From positions 256,001 to 320,000 of IMG/VR virus record IMGVR_UViG_3300027740_000003: DNA of 64,000 nucleotides, one strand, 5' to 3'. The stretch is from a virus. Taxonomy: Duplodnaviria > Caudoviricetes. The position numbers and the translations under genes are program-made. Shown one piece after another: positions 1-11,263 of the stretch. The notes under the pieces are model-generated. The model searched no databases and was not told the origin of the DNA. It saw only the letters and a program-made list of their open reading frames with translations. How positions within the stretch are numbered: position 1 is the first letter of the stretch; every line of letters starts with the position of its first letter.

Positions 1-645
1 AATGGCAGATAACATTGCCATTAAATTCTCAATAATACATAACAAACTCGCTAGTTTAAATGCAATTGCCGCTGTTGCTTCGGCATCCTGTGAAGTGACA
101 CACTTGCCAAGCAACTCCAAGTTCTCCAAAATATCATTTATAAGCTCAAGTATTCTTGCTATAATATATGAAATTAATGCAATTAATAAAAGAATTATTG
201 ACAATATCATTGCAATTAAAGCCAGCCATGGAAACAGATTTAAAAATGGAGGCAAACATTCTTTTATTAATTTCCTAACTGCTTTGATTAATTTATATGG
301 ATTAGGTATTGCACACAACACATCTATAATACACAGAATCATATTTAACAAAGCTGTTATAAAACTATACATAGATAAAAATGGACTTAACATACTAAAT
401 AGGTTCATTATGCCATTTAGTAATGTTGCGGCAAAGTTATCTATTTGTGGGTTAAGAATGCCTCCTGGCCAATTTATTTTTAATGCATTAAGTATCTCTA
501 ATACTTTTTCTGGAAATCCTTCTGGAAGTTTAAATCCTGGAATAGGCAACTGTATCGGAGAAAATGGTATACCAAATCCGGGTATAGGAATGCCTGGAAC
601 AACAGGAGGATGAAGATTGTTTGTAGAAGGTGAGCAAGGCGCCAT
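1..645 (-). CDS. Hydrophobic, Pro-rich N-terminus protein downstream of baseplate spike (3' end runs off window; not in ORF track)
   Basis: ATG at 645 overlaps the TAA of the upstream gene; the frame is open for 215 codons to position 1 (MAPCSPSTNNLHPPVVPGIPIPGFGIPFSP...FPWLALIAMILSIILLLIALISYIIARIL...). Same strand as neighbours. Confidence 0.8.
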   Translation of the reverse strand, partial: MAPCSPSTNNLHPPVVPGIPIPGFGIPFSPIQLPIPGFKLPEGFPEKVLEILNALKINWPGGILNPQIDNFAATLLNGIMNLFSMLSPFLSMYSFITALLNMILCIIDVLCAIPNPYKLIKAVRKLIKECLPPFLNLFPWLALIAMILSIILLLIALISYIIARILELINDILENLELLGKCVTSQDAEATAAIAFKLASLLCIIENLMAMLSAI

Positions 646-2774
646 TATATAGCCTTTCCAGGAGTTCTTTCAACAAACCTGGGACAATTTTTGTAATAAA
701 ATCCAATATTTGGAGCTTCAAAAAGTATATTAGTATGCGAATTAAAAACCATATCTTGCTCAGACATTATCTCAACCCTGCCAGGACAAGCAACTGTTGT
801 TCCTTTTTCATCAATTCTTACCACAGTAAGTTGCCCATCGCTCTTTAATACCCTTATATCTAACACACCTGACTGAGCCAAACTAATCTCTTTTTCAAAT
901 CTAGTATCGGTTTTCTTGTCAGATTGAGTGTCTATGTTTAACCCACCTATCTGAACAAGAACATGCCCGTCAAATTGGCCAAGATAACTTACTCCCCTTC
1001 TATCTCTTCCAATTGTAGATACCATACCACCAGCCGTATCAAGCCACATAGATTGTCTATCTACTGTATTTGCTCCAACACTACAAGAAATAAAACCATC
1101 TAAATTAATCGTTCCGCTTCTTCCACCAGCATTAGCATTTGGCCCAGCTATGTTTATTTCAGATGTTATAAACTTCTCATATTGTATTTCGTTTTGTCTT
1201 GTATTTATAGATGAATCTAATTGATATCTAATTAATTTTCCACCAGAGTCATCTGTAATTCTCTTTTTAGTAAACTGATATCCTGCTGATAAAATATCAT
1301 GATATACAAGGTTAAGTTTTGTTGTGTCTCCAGTAAACCTATCTATTGGACCAACTTGACCCTCTTGTCCCATCAATGATATTCCAGAAGAGTTATTTGT
1401 ATAATTCTCAATATAAATATCTCTACCCTCATCTTCCAAAACAAAATCATTAGGCCCTGGAGTATCTTTTTCAGAAAACGCTAATACAGAAGAGTTTACA
1501 TATCTTGTATGTAAAGGTATGTTTCCAATTTCCGATGACATTGGAACATTAAGTTTAAATTGGCCTTCTTTATCAATATCTAAAAATAGCCTAGATCTAT
1601 CACGAGCATAATTATCTACATCAGATACATCTAATGGTTCATATGCTCCAAGAATTGATCCTTCAGTTATTGAGGGTTCTGGCAAACCATCTAATCCCCT
1701 CGGAAGTTTTTGCGCCGCTCCATTCTCTTTTCTTGCATTTAATTCAAAATGATAAGCTATTGATTTTCTATGTTCATTTCTTATTTTGATAAATGCATCT
1801 GAGGTATCAGCATTATCTATAAATGACAAGTCTCCTTTTCCAATTTGTAGAATAGATCTGTTTATGTCTAGAATATTTCCAAATGTATCAACCCCTGTTC
1901 CTAAAACTTCTTCAAATAAATGATTTGGATAATATAAATTTAATCCAAATGAAACAGATCTCATTTGTTGTCTTTGAACAATAGTTTGATTTGTTCTTTT
2001 ATAATTTGGGTCTAATTTTAATAACTCAATATTGTCCAGTTCAAAATCTACTTCATTAGAAGAAGATCCAAACTCATAAATAATTTTTCTATTTTCTATT
2101 AAAGGTAAATTTCTAACCAACCCTAAAGACGTAGAAATAGAAGGTTGTATGGTTGGTTCCATTCCAACAGTCCACAAATTATCATCATATTCTCTGTCAT
2201 TTAAAGATGAATATTCGATATTTCTAAATGAATTATCGTTAATATCTCTTTTTATTTCACCTATTATTTCTCTATGAGCTGATGTAAAAGAATATTGTTT
2301 TGCAAAATCGTGAGAAATAATATCTCTTTTTATATCTAATTGCAAAGATGATAGTGAATTGCCTGCCACAATTTCATTTGAAGAATTTGGGTCATTATCA
2401 TTTGGGGCTTCTAGATATATTCTATTGGCAGCTTTTTTACTTTGAATAAGTATTCTGTTTGGCTTAAAATCAGCCATTAAATTTCCGAACACACCACTTA
2501 GACCAGAAGTATTTGTATTACTAAAAATATCATCTGGTCTCAAAAAACCAGAAATAAACCAACTTCCCTGGCCCTGTTCAACCATAACAGCAGTATTTTC
2601 TTCAGGATATCCGGCAATAACTGCGCCATCAGGAGAAGCAAAAGCCAATGGCAGATCTACAACGTATTCGTTATCTTGATTAGCTGGACCCGTGCCATCA
2701 TCAAGAACAACATGGGCCTTACCATTTCCCACATATTTTATTATTCTTCCTCTGCGTTTAATACTAACTGACAT
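645..2774 (-). CDS. Putative baseplate central spike (gp5/gpV/VgrG-like)
   Basis: N-terminal OB-fold-like segment (GRIIKYVGNGKAHVVLD...AGYPEENTAVMVEQGQGSWFISGFL), C-terminal short beta-strand repeats; directly follows hub gene. Confidence 0.55.
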   Translation of the reverse strand: MSVSIKRRGRIIKYVGNGKAHVVLDDGTGPANQDNEYVVDLPLAFASPDGAVIAGYPEENTAVMVEQGQGSWFISGFLRPDDIFSNTNTSGLSGVFGNLMADFKPNRILIQSKKAANRIYLEAPNDNDPNSSNEIVAGNSLSSLQLDIKRDIISHDFAKQYSFTSAHREIIGEIKRDINDNSFRNIEYSSLNDREYDDNLWTVGMEPTIQPSISTSLGLVRNLPLIENRKIIYEFGSSSNEVDFELDNIELLKLDPNYKRTNQTIVQRQQMRSVSFGLNLYYPNHLFEEVLGTGVDTFGNILDINRSILQIGKGDLSFIDNADTSDAFIKIRNEHRKSIAYHFELNARKENGAAQKLPRGLDGLPEPSITEGSILGAYEPLDVSDVDNYARDRSRLFLDIDKEGQFKLNVPMSSEIGNIPLHTRYVNSSVLAFSEKDTPGPNDFVLEDEGRDIYIENYTNNSSGISLMGQEGQVGPIDRFTGDTTKLNLVYHDILSAGYQFTKKRITDDSGGKLIRYQLDSSINTRQNEIQYEKFITSEINIAGPNANAGGRSGTINLDGFISCSVGANTVDRQSMWLDTAGGMVSTIGRDRRGVSYLGQFDGHVLVQIGGLNIDTQSDKKTDTRFEKEISLAQSGVLDIRVLKSDGQLTVVRIDEKGTTVACPGRVEIMSEQDMVFNSHTNILFEAPNIGFYYKNCPRFVERTPGKAI

Positions 2775-5700
2775 TATTGAGCCTTAGGTTTAAATGATAC
2801 CCAAACATCTAGCACTGTCTTATATAACACCTTTTCTTCTACTGTAGCTACGGATTGTAAACTAGAATTCATAGTATCTGATAGAGACGCCCAAGGAGCT
2901 GGCCCATCCATGGATCCTTGAGTAATATCATTATACGTTCCTAAAGTGTCTATGGCTTCTCCAGATGATTCCCTTGCTGCTAACCATGCCCTGCCTGATG
3001 GGCCTTGTGCTTCAATTGATGTTATGTTTCGTATGCTTACAAGCCTGTCAATATCATCTATTTTTAGACCTTCTGATATTCCGCTATCAGGAACCTCCTT
3101 GCTCTTTCCTAATAATTTATTTAATCCTGAAGAAGTCATATCACTAAAACTATTTGTTCCTGGTGGGAATTTAAGGGAATCTCCCTCTGCCAACCCATCA
3201 ATTCCAAAAGTTTTTCTTGACGGATTTTTTAACCATGTTTTTATTAATTCTGCTTTATTTTTAATATTTTGATCTTCGGGGAAACCTTTTTCTGGATTTG
3301 AATAATATCTAATTTCTACAAATGCCTCATCATCTGTTGATGCCTGAGATCCTTTCAGAGCTAATATAACCTGTGTTAATGTTGCCCGGTTCTGGTCTCC
3401 ATATTTTCCAACCACAATAGAATTTATACCAGAATTATTATCTATTACAATTATTCCAAGATGCTGATCTCCATTAGAATATCCATGTCTTGCATTACGA
3501 ATCTTATTTGCTTGATTTCTTTTTGAATATAATCCTTTACCAATAATATCAAGCATTGTTGGGAAATATTCTCCAGGATTATGACCATATGTTAAAGTGA
3601 GATTAGTTGTAAAACTGCTTCCGAAATTAAAATTATGACTAACAGATTCTACATAGAAAAGAAGATCTCTATCTTCCATATAGATTACTTCTCCTGGTTG
3701 CATAAATTCATTCCCGGCAATTTGCATATTGCCCGAAATAAGTTTCCTTCTTTGCTCTGTTAATAACCAATTTGCCAATGGCGCTGCTTGAGCATCTGCA
3801 TCTGAAATATATGGAGCAGAAACATTGCTGCCTACTTTAAATCCATACATTCTCCACAAATCATAATCAACAGCAATTGCTGAAGACTGCATGTTTCCAT
3901 TGAATCCAATTTCTCCAACCGGAGGTACAAATCCTTCTCCTACCAAACCGTTAACTTCTATTGTTGTAAAGTCTGGCTTGTTCTCACTTATTGAAAATGA
4001 TATTATTTGATTGTCTTTAATTATATATCTTCCACCAGAACCAGGTCCTAAATCATCTTCATCCTCATTCTCTATTAAATGCTGAATTACTGAAGGAGCC
4101 TCTTTCTTACCTTGGAAACTGGGGAATATTGCATTCCTCCTTGTTGTAGGATCATTGTCTATCAACGATGCTTGTTCAAGATTCTTTAATGAATTTTTTA
4201 ATAATTTCAATACGCTCTGTCTTTCAGAAACATAAGAAGAAATTTCTTTTGTTAATTTAAGAATAGATGTTTGCGAATTTACGCTGCCTAACCCTTGATT
4301 TATTCTTTCTCCAACAAGATCTTTAATTGTTGGAACGGGCTGACCTGTTGTATTGTGTATTCTTGTACTAACTCTATCAAAAGCAGTTTTTATAACATCA
4401 TCTGCGGGCATAAATCTGGTGCTATCAAAAACAGCAGATACTTGAGACGATGTATCAAATAATGCTCTGTTCCTTATTTGCTCTGCTATCTTTCCAGTTG
4501 TTTCTTTTAATGCTTTAAATTCATTTTCTTCTCTTTGAGAAGCAGAATCCTGTGCTACTAAAGCCCTTATTGTAGAGGGCTTTACTCCAAATTGCCCACG
4601 TTCATTTGTTATAAATTTAAAAGAGAAAGATGCGTCTCCAAAATTTGCACCACTTAAAAACTTCTGAGCTTCAAAATCATCAGTTAGTCCCATAACTAAT
4701 GTTCTTAATCTAATCTGATCTTCAACAATACACAGTCTGTCAATTAGCCCATCCGCCTGATCTATAAATAATGTCTCTAATGTTTTTGGATATATTTTTC
4801 TTCCATCAGAAATCATTTTATAAAATACAGAACTTGGAACTTTATTGTATCCTGGCGGTTTAATTTCAACATGTCCTTGTGAATTTGCAAATACTTCTAA
4901 ACCAAGAATCTTAGCAACGCTACTTATTTGTGTTGCAATATCTGTATAATCAGATTTTAGCAAACTCATCTTGTCAGCCAAAGCTCTTTCAAAAGCCTGT
5001 ATGTCATAATCTTTATCATACTGATCGTCAATAATAAGAAGATTTTGATCGTCATTTGCACTTACTTTCCACAGCCTTCTCTGTGTCAAAAGCTTCATTT
5101 TTCTTCGCATCAAGGCTCTTGTCTGTTCTTTCTCTTCTTCTCCAACCTGATTCCCAAGCCCATCTAAATCTGGAGAATATGATATATCATCTCCAAATAC
5201 TTGCATAGAACCGTCTTCTATTGTTTTATATACTTGGTTTTGTAAACTGTTTATTTTTGTATCTAGTTCAAATAAGGAAGTAGATGCCGCCGCTACTAAA
5301 CCTCTATCATCTTGATTTGTTAAAGAAGTTTGCGGCATATTGTCTTTATTCATTTCTCCATTAAGAGATAATCCATAAATATTTGGGTTGCCAGCAAATA
5401 CCGCATCTGCCATAGATAATGTGTCATATAATTTTGCCCTCTCTGACAACAGCCGGTCAAGCTCAGCACTGTTTTGCTGATAACTAAACTGTCCTGATAT
5501 TGAGAACCTTAATGCAGCATCATCCATTACAAGACGTTTGAACGGAACAAAGTTTCCCCATAACGTATTATCTATCTGCAAATCAGAAATAAAACTACGG
5601 AAAAATGACCTGGCCATTTCTGTATTTGATAATCCGTCTTTGTTTTCTAAAAATGATAGATTTGAATTCTTAACAGAAGAAGTAATAAAAGTATTATAAT

Positions 5701-7777
5701 TATATGGAACTCCAGAAATTAATAATGACAAAACATTCATTACATCTTGTCCAGCAAATGGATTTTTAGTCAATAATGGAGATGCAGACTTTCTAAATGC
5801 ATTATTGGGATGTCTAGAACTATTGTATGTAAATGTTCCTATTCCAGACTTCCATCTATAAACAAATCCATCAGGATCAAAAAATACTCGCTGTGTTTGA
5901 TTAACCCCATTGGCTGCTTTAATATTTGTATCCCCTAATAAATACAAAAATTCAGTCATCGGAGAACCGATAAATCTAGAGCCGTTTTTAAATTTAGCAA
6001 TTCCACTAAATAATAACCTCTCATTTTCAGACAACAATTTAGGATGATCATTTACTAAAAATCCCGTAGCTCCATCAAATTCTAAATCAAATGGTGTTAA
6101 TGGATCAAATATAGACCTCTCAGGAACATCTACCGCAGGCTTTATATTTATCTGGCCCATTTTGAAATATTCTGTATTGTCAGCACAACTAACACTTAAT
6201 TCATATTTACCCGAATTATAACTTTCATTAACACTTATTACTAATCCACCAAATACATGCGTCCCAGCCGCCTGCCTAGTAAAATCATTCCTTATCGCTA
6301 CCCATAACCATGTAGGGAAATCTGCTCCAACAATTGCTTCTTTTTCTACATCTGTATAAGAATACTTGCTGCCTCCACCAAAGAACCCACCAATATTATT
6401 AAATGATTGTTCTAGATTTTCTATAGAACTATTTAACATTGATAATATGTTGTTTCCAGGATCTACAATAGACCTAGAATCAAATCCAATTATCTTATTA
6501 TCAACCATTGTTTTTGATGTCATAAAAATATGAACGCTATCCATTATCTGAATCATATTTTTATTAACATAATGTAATCTCATTTTTGATCTTAAATAAT
6601 CTATTTCTCCCTGGTTGTCTTGATTTATTACATCGTCTATTTCTTCTTCTTTTTGTCTTTGTAAATTGATAATCAAATATATGTTTTTAGTTATTCTGTC
6701 AAATAAAATTTCTTCTGATCTAATAAGACCGTTTTCTCCTTCGGTTGCAGAAGGATCCAAATTAACTTTTGCTCCAATTCCCATAACACCAGGATCAAAA
6801 CTAAATATTAATTCTCTTCCTTCCTCATCAATAAAAGCTCTTACCTTTGCACTGATAATTGCATTGTCATTTACCCTCCAAACAATTGGAGCAGCTCCAC
6901 GCAGAAGCCTTGCTTTGTTCAATTGTGCCCGCATATCATTATTCTGCTTGGATAATTCACTTTCAGAAAATTGGAATAATGAAGAAGATTGTTTTCTATT
7001 GTAAATATCTGCAATAGCTCTATCTATATCTAACTCACTAATGCTCATTAAATGATAAGGATCTTCTATTGTTATATTACATTTGCCAGCACCAAATTGA
7101 ACAGAAGATGTTGTGTTGCAAGAAGCTGCCATTGTTAGAGAAAATGTTCCCGTTCCTTCCCCTAAATCATACGGCATATCAGGACTAACAAACCATGTTG
7201 TTAAATTCCCAGGATCTGAAAATGCCTGCATTTTTCTTACTGTCTCTATTGTTCTCTTTGTCTTTTGATCTACTATGTTTACACCAAATGCCTCTAATGT
7301 CTCTATGCCTGAAATAAGAAGTGGTGTGAAAAAATCATCAGCAATACCACGGTTCTGAATTACTTTCTCTATCTTTGCTAATCTTTCATATGTGGCAACA
7401 ACTTGACATTTGTTCTGAAATAATCTTTTACTTGCTTTAATAAAGTTTCTTTCAGCTTGTTCCATCATGTCAATTCTATAATTATCAACAAGAGATGAAA
7501 ACATTCTCTTTTTAATAATTATCGTCATGTCAGGCTCTTGCAATAATGCTTCAAAAGACCTGGGACGAATATTACTAATATATCCACTTTCTACATAAGA
7601 CCGTTGTGCAGAATGATCTATCTTGTTTGCAAATTCTCCCAATAAACCAACGTCAGCAACCTGATCTGGATTGTTAGGATCAGGAGTATACAAACTGCGC
7701 GGAGTATTCTCCCCAGCATTTGCATATGTGTTCATTTGTTTAATGAACTGATTTCCAACGTCCTTTAAAAAACTCAT
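2774..7777 (-). CDS. Putative baseplate hub protein (gp27/gpD-like), 1667 aa
   Basis: Hub-like C-terminal motif GNMQIAGNEFMQPGEVIYMEDRDLLFYVESVSHNFNFGSSFTTNLTLTYG; position after tape measure and tube initiator; AAGGA RBS. Confidence 0.6.
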   Translation of the reverse strand: MSFLKDVGNQFIKQMNTYANAGENTPRSLYTPDPNNPDQVADVGLLGEFANKIDHSAQRSYVESGYISNIRPRSFEALLQEPDMTIIIKKRMFSSLVDNYRIDMMEQAERNFIKASKRLFQNKCQVVATYERLAKIEKVIQNRGIADDFFTPLLISGIETLEAFGVNIVDQKTKRTIETVRKMQAFSDPGNLTTWFVSPDMPYDLGEGTGTFSLTMAASCNTTSSVQFGAGKCNITIEDPYHLMSISELDIDRAIADIYNRKQSSSLFQFSESELSKQNNDMRAQLNKARLLRGAAPIVWRVNDNAIISAKVRAFIDEEGRELIFSFDPGVMGIGAKVNLDPSATEGENGLIRSEEILFDRITKNIYLIINLQRQKEEEIDDVINQDNQGEIDYLRSKMRLHYVNKNMIQIMDSVHIFMTSKTMVDNKIIGFDSRSIVDPGNNILSMLNSSIENLEQSFNNIGGFFGGGSKYSYTDVEKEAIVGADFPTWLWVAIRNDFTRQAAGTHVFGGLVISVNESYNSGKYELSVSCADNTEYFKMGQINIKPAVDVPERSIFDPLTPFDLEFDGATGFLVNDHPKLLSENERLLFSGIAKFKNGSRFIGSPMTEFLYLLGDTNIKAANGVNQTQRVFFDPDGFVYRWKSGIGTFTYNSSRHPNNAFRKSASPLLTKNPFAGQDVMNVLSLLISGVPYNYNTFITSSVKNSNLSFLENKDGLSNTEMARSFFRSFISDLQIDNTLWGNFVPFKRLVMDDAALRFSISGQFSYQQNSAELDRLLSERAKLYDTLSMADAVFAGNPNIYGLSLNGEMNKDNMPQTSLTNQDDRGLVAAASTSLFELDTKINSLQNQVYKTIEDGSMQVFGDDISYSPDLDGLGNQVGEEEKEQTRALMRRKMKLLTQRRLWKVSANDDQNLLIIDDQYDKDYDIQAFERALADKMSLLKSDYTDIATQISSVAKILGLEVFANSQGHVEIKPPGYNKVPSSVFYKMISDGRKIYPKTLETLFIDQADGLIDRLCIVEDQIRLRTLVMGLTDDFEAQKFLSGANFGDASFSFKFITNERGQFGVKPSTIRALVAQDSASQREENEFKALKETTGKIAEQIRNRALFDTSSQVSAVFDSTRFMPADDVIKTAFDRVSTRIHNTTGQPVPTIKDLVGERINQGLGSVNSQTSILKLTKEISSYVSERQSVLKLLKNSLKNLEQASLIDNDPTTRRNAIFPSFQGKKEAPSVIQHLIENEDEDDLGPGSGGRYIIKDNQIISFSISENKPDFTTIEVNGLVGEGFVPPVGEIGFNGNMQSSAIAVDYDLWRMYGFKVGSNVSAPYISDADAQAAPLANWLLTEQRRKLISGNMQIAGNEFMQPGEVIYMEDRDLLFYVESVSHNFNFGSSFTTNLTLTYGHNPGEYFPTMLDIIGKGLYSKRNQANKIRNARHGYSNGDQHLGIIVIDNNSGINSIVVGKYGDQNRATLTQVILALKGSQASTDDEAFVEIRYYSNPEKGFPEDQNIKNKAELIKTWLKNPSRKTFGIDGLAEGDSLKFPPGTNSFSDMTSSGLNKLLGKSKEVPDSGISEGLKIDDIDRLVSIRNITSIEAQGPSGRAWLAARESSGEAIDTLGTYNDITQGSMDGPAPWASLSDTMNSSLQSVATVEEKVLYKTVLDVWVSFKPKAQ

Positions 7778-7784
7778 TTCTTCC

Positions 7785-8708
7785 TTAAATCATAAATGCA
7801 TCTATAGTGTCAAACGATGTTAGCATATCTAATCTAGATTGATTAGAGCCTTGTAGAGGCGGAGAACTTGCAGGCAACCCGTCTGTTAAAACGCCATAAC
7901 TTAATGGAGGCCCACCTTCTCTCCAATTGCTCTGACCATATGACGGATGATGGTGCCATGGCATAAAATTGTTCCTAAATCCTCTACGCTGTGTTGCACT
8001 AAATGTAAAATTATAATCAAATAACCCAAGCCTGTCTACAGAATCTTTATAATCAAAGTCTTCAAAAAATCCCCTAAATACCTCTCCCATCCAATACATC
8101 TCTACCGTAAATGCTAAAGATGCAAGTGTAGGCTTGTTCCTAGCATTTATAGCATTAGATGTTAAAGAACTGTCTATTTGATCTGCAACAAATGGAACCG
8201 CTCCGAGAAATGGAATGCTTCCAATTCCAAATGGCCCGCTTCCACCAAATATGGTGTTATCAAATGATTCTTGGTTTTTCTTGTCTCTCTCAGCTTGCAA
8301 CAAAAGAGCATACGGATCAAACATAACTTGTTCATTTCTATATACATCTAATAAAACATTTATTCCTTCAATGCCAGATGTTCCAGTGGTTCCATTAACC
8401 GAAATTCCTATCAAATCCTCGCCCCAATATTGTAAAGAATATCCTCCTTTTACTCGGGTTTTTGTAGTTAGTTTTTTATACTTGTAAGACACTTGCTGTG
8501 GGTTAATATACATCTCAACAATAGGCTGCTCTGGCACAAGCCATCTCATAACTTGTCTGGTTGTCCTTCCGTCTATTCTAGGAGGAACTTGTGCTTGCCG
8601 AGACATTGCTCCACTCTGAGCAGGTGGCAACTTCCCAGTTAGATTGCTGGCCATTGAAGTGGCTGTATTTGCAATAGAATCAAAAAATTCAAAAGGTAGT
8701 TTCGCCAT
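7785..8708 (-). CDS. Putative tail tube initiator / baseplate protein
   Basis: MYINPQQVSYKYKKLTTKTRVKGGYSLQYWGEDLIGISVNGTTG resembles the tube-fold initiator proteins that follow tape measures in myoviruses. Confidence 0.55.
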   Translation of the reverse strand: MAKLPFEFFDSIANTATSMASNLTGKLPPAQSGAMSRQAQVPPRIDGRTTRQVMRWLVPEQPIVEMYINPQQVSYKYKKLTTKTRVKGGYSLQYWGEDLIGISVNGTTGTSGIEGINVLLDVYRNEQVMFDPYALLLQAERDKKNQESFDNTIFGGSGPFGIGSIPFLGAVPFVADQIDSSLTSNAINARNKPTLASLAFTVEMYWMGEVFRGFFEDFDYKDSVDRLGLFDYNFTFSATQRRGFRNNFMPWHHHPSYGQSNWREGGPPLSYGVLTDGLPASSPPLQGSNQSRLDMLTSFDTIDAFMI

Positions 8709-10912
8709 TATCTAACCCCGCTTGATGCCCTAGAGGCCTCTATTTGTGCTAATTCCATGCTCAATTGCTGAGTGTCTATAACCTTTCCTTCAGTATTCTT
8801 TACTATTACAGTTAAAGGATCAATTGTAAAATTTATTCCCGTTGTTCCAGATGCCCTCGGCGCCATTCCTGGCAATGTAGGTCCTATACCTACTTCTTTT
8901 GGTGCCGACGGAAGAACAGGGCCGGCTGGAATTTCTGGAACAATATTCTCCATTGCCTCTGTATCTGGAGCATTCTTTGCCGCAGTCATTCCAGAAACAT
9001 ATTGGTTTATTTTTCCTATTGTGTCAGATACTGTTGCCATTACTGCTGATGCCGGAGTTTCTGTTGCTAAAAACCCTTTCCCAGCCGTGCCAGCCAAATC
9101 CATCGCTTTACCCCTTTCTCCAGCATATAATTCTCTCAGCTGGGATCCTTCAAGATTCATTCCTCCAGCCAAACTCCTAATATACAAAGCATTTCCTATT
9201 TGCTGCTCTTGCAATAATTGTCCAATAGTATTCTGAATATTTATCAATGCATTAGCCTGCTTCTCCTGCATCTTTTCATCTGTCTTAAGAACACTAGACA
9301 TTGCATCACCAGTTTCTCTTCCAATTGCTTCTGTATCAATCCCGCCAGGACCAGCTGTTTTAAATGCTTCTAATAATCTATAAGCCTGATCTGCGTTCTT
9401 TACAACAGCTCCAAATGGTCCTTGTGTTAAAAATTGAACTTGCCTTGTTAACTCAGCAGCCGCTGTATCTGATTTTGAGCCCTCTTCGAGGGTAGTCACT
9501 CCACCAAATTGTCCTTTTAATGACTGCTCCATCTTTTTATAAACTTCATCAAGCTTTCCTTGACGCATTAACATGTCTACTTCAAAAGCCCCTCTTAACC
9601 CTCCTGCCCCTCCAGTCTGTTGAGACATAAACGCTTTCTGAGCTAAACTCATATTACCAATAGATTGTGTAATGCTCTCTATTATTGCCTTAGTAGGTTC
9701 TATACCTAGCCCTGTACTTTTTAAAGCACCAGCTAGTGCTCCAACCAGATTAATAGATGAAGACATGTTGTCTCCAAGCATAGCAAATTGCTTTACAACC
9801 CCACCAATTATATTATCTACATCTTTAAATCCTATTCCCAATCTCTGAGACAAATCATATGTTTTTGTCATAAGATCTAAAGCGTGTTCGTTGGTGGTTC
9901 CAAATTGCCTAAATTGTAAATTCAAATCATTAACAACGTCTTTAAAATCTCCAGTGGTTCCTCTGGCTACTCGAATTGCTCCTTCTAACATTGACATTTG
10001 ACCACCAGCAGCTCCAGAAAGCTGAACTGTTGAATTAAATGCTCCAGGCAACTTCATTAGTTCTTGGCCAAATTTATTAACCTCATCTATTGCTAAGTTG
10101 GTAGACTGAGCAACGGCAGTGTTCTGGTCTACTATTCTTATTAACTGGTTTTCTAAATTGCCGGTAAAATTCATTCTATTAATGTTTTGGAACCCAGCAA
10201 ATTGGCCAAACAATCCCATTATTGAACTTTCAAATTTTCTTACACCGGCTGTTTCTTTTACAAGTTCTTCAACTCCGCTACCCATTGCTCCTGCTACTTT
10301 GGTAAATGGAGCCAATACTTGGTCTATAATTCCTTTCCCACCAGTGAATTTTTTAAATACACCTTCTAGTTTTTCTATTCCTTCTTTTGTGGATTCAAAT
10401 AGTTTAGTAGAGCTTTCTATTCCAATAGCAGATGTTTCTCTAGATACTTGCCCATAATTTCCTACAGCGTCTCCAAGACCTACAACAACACTGGCAAGAA
10501 GCCCCCCAACTTGGGCGGTTTTCTCCATTTTATCTCTAAAATCAATATTCTCTTTTCCAGCTTTATTTATAGCATCTGACATTCCTAAGACGTCCATGGC
10601 TCCAGACTTCATTCTTTGTGCAAATTTTCCAAGAACAGAGTCTGAATTTGAAGCGCCAGATGTGTATGCTTTTAATATGCTATCCTGATCTTCTACTGAT
10701 TTTGAAAATATATCAAAGTTTCCCGCTGTTTTTTTGGCAGTTTCTCCTGCTTTTTCAGTTGCTTCTGTTGCCTTTCCGGCCGACGTGGTTAATTGGTCTA
10801 ATTTTTCAGGAGCTCCAGTAAATAAATCTGTTATTCTTGTGCTTACTGATGCTAAATTTGCCTCAATACTCTTTAATAACGCATTTATCTTTGCTAATAG
10901 TTCCGGATCCAT
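8708..10912 (-). CDS. Tape measure protein
   Basis: 734 aa, Ala/Gly/Gln-rich, helical-looking; immediately downstream of the frameshifted chaperone pair. Confidence 0.7.
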   Translation of the reverse strand: MDPELLAKINALLKSIEANLASVSTRITDLFTGAPEKLDQLTTSAGKATEATEKAGETAKKTAGNFDIFSKSVEDQDSILKAYTSGASNSDSVLGKFAQRMKSGAMDVLGMSDAINKAGKENIDFRDKMEKTAQVGGLLASVVVGLGDAVGNYGQVSRETSAIGIESSTKLFESTKEGIEKLEGVFKKFTGGKGIIDQVLAPFTKVAGAMGSGVEELVKETAGVRKFESSIMGLFGQFAGFQNINRMNFTGNLENQLIRIVDQNTAVAQSTNLAIDEVNKFGQELMKLPGAFNSTVQLSGAAGGQMSMLEGAIRVARGTTGDFKDVVNDLNLQFRQFGTTNEHALDLMTKTYDLSQRLGIGFKDVDNIIGGVVKQFAMLGDNMSSSINLVGALAGALKSTGLGIEPTKAIIESITQSIGNMSLAQKAFMSQQTGGAGGLRGAFEVDMLMRQGKLDEVYKKMEQSLKGQFGGVTTLEEGSKSDTAAAELTRQVQFLTQGPFGAVVKNADQAYRLLEAFKTAGPGGIDTEAIGRETGDAMSSVLKTDEKMQEKQANALINIQNTIGQLLQEQQIGNALYIRSLAGGMNLEGSQLRELYAGERGKAMDLAGTAGKGFLATETPASAVMATVSDTIGKINQYVSGMTAAKNAPDTEAMENIVPEIPAGPVLPSAPKEVGIGPTLPGMAPRASGTTGINFTIDPLTVIVKNTEGKVIDTQQLSMELAQIEASRASSGVR

Positions 10913-11263
10913 TTATTCCTCAATAACTCTTCTGGCCCTTCTGTGTAATTTTTGATCTGCTATGTCGTTGAATTTACTAACCATTTCATATGACTTCTCA
11001 TATTCCTCGTCAGATGTAGCATAATCTGGGTTATCTTGCTTAGATGCCCTGTTAGCCATTTCCCAATTAAAAAATGACCCCATATATAATGCATAACTTT
11101 TATATATTTTGTGCATATCTTCTTGATCCTGGAGCCAGCTCTGATACATCCACATCCATGTGAATTCATCCATATCCTCAAAAAATGAGTCGCCTGGCAA
11201 GAATTTGTAGGTTTTACATAAAAACCATATAAACCTATGATCCGGCTCCTTTATTATTTTTTT
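10913..11263 (-). CDS. Tail assembly chaperone, frameshift (GT-like) extension
   Basis: The -1 frame relative to the upstream gene is open from the slippery site (KKIIKEPDHRFIWFLCKTYKFLPGDSFF...) into the listed 95-aa ORF, which only has a TTG start. Confidence 0.75.
   Translation of the reverse strand, partial: KKIIKEPDHRFIWFLCKTYKFLPGDSFFEDMDEFTWMWMYQSWLQDQEDMHKIYKSYALYMGSFFNWEMANRASKQDNPDYATSDEEYEKSYEMVSKFNDIADQKLHRRARRVIEE

Noticed and set aside
2-613. 203-aa plus-strand ORF
   Set aside because: Antisense shadow of a minus-strand gene (645 to <1) that is translationally coupled to the spike gene.
8772-9236. Plus-strand ORFs within tail, fibre and head genes (also 18155-18724, 23437-24027, 52327-52731 and similar)
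   Set aside because: Fully overlap long, motif-bearing minus-strand genes; composition simply mirrors the sense codons.
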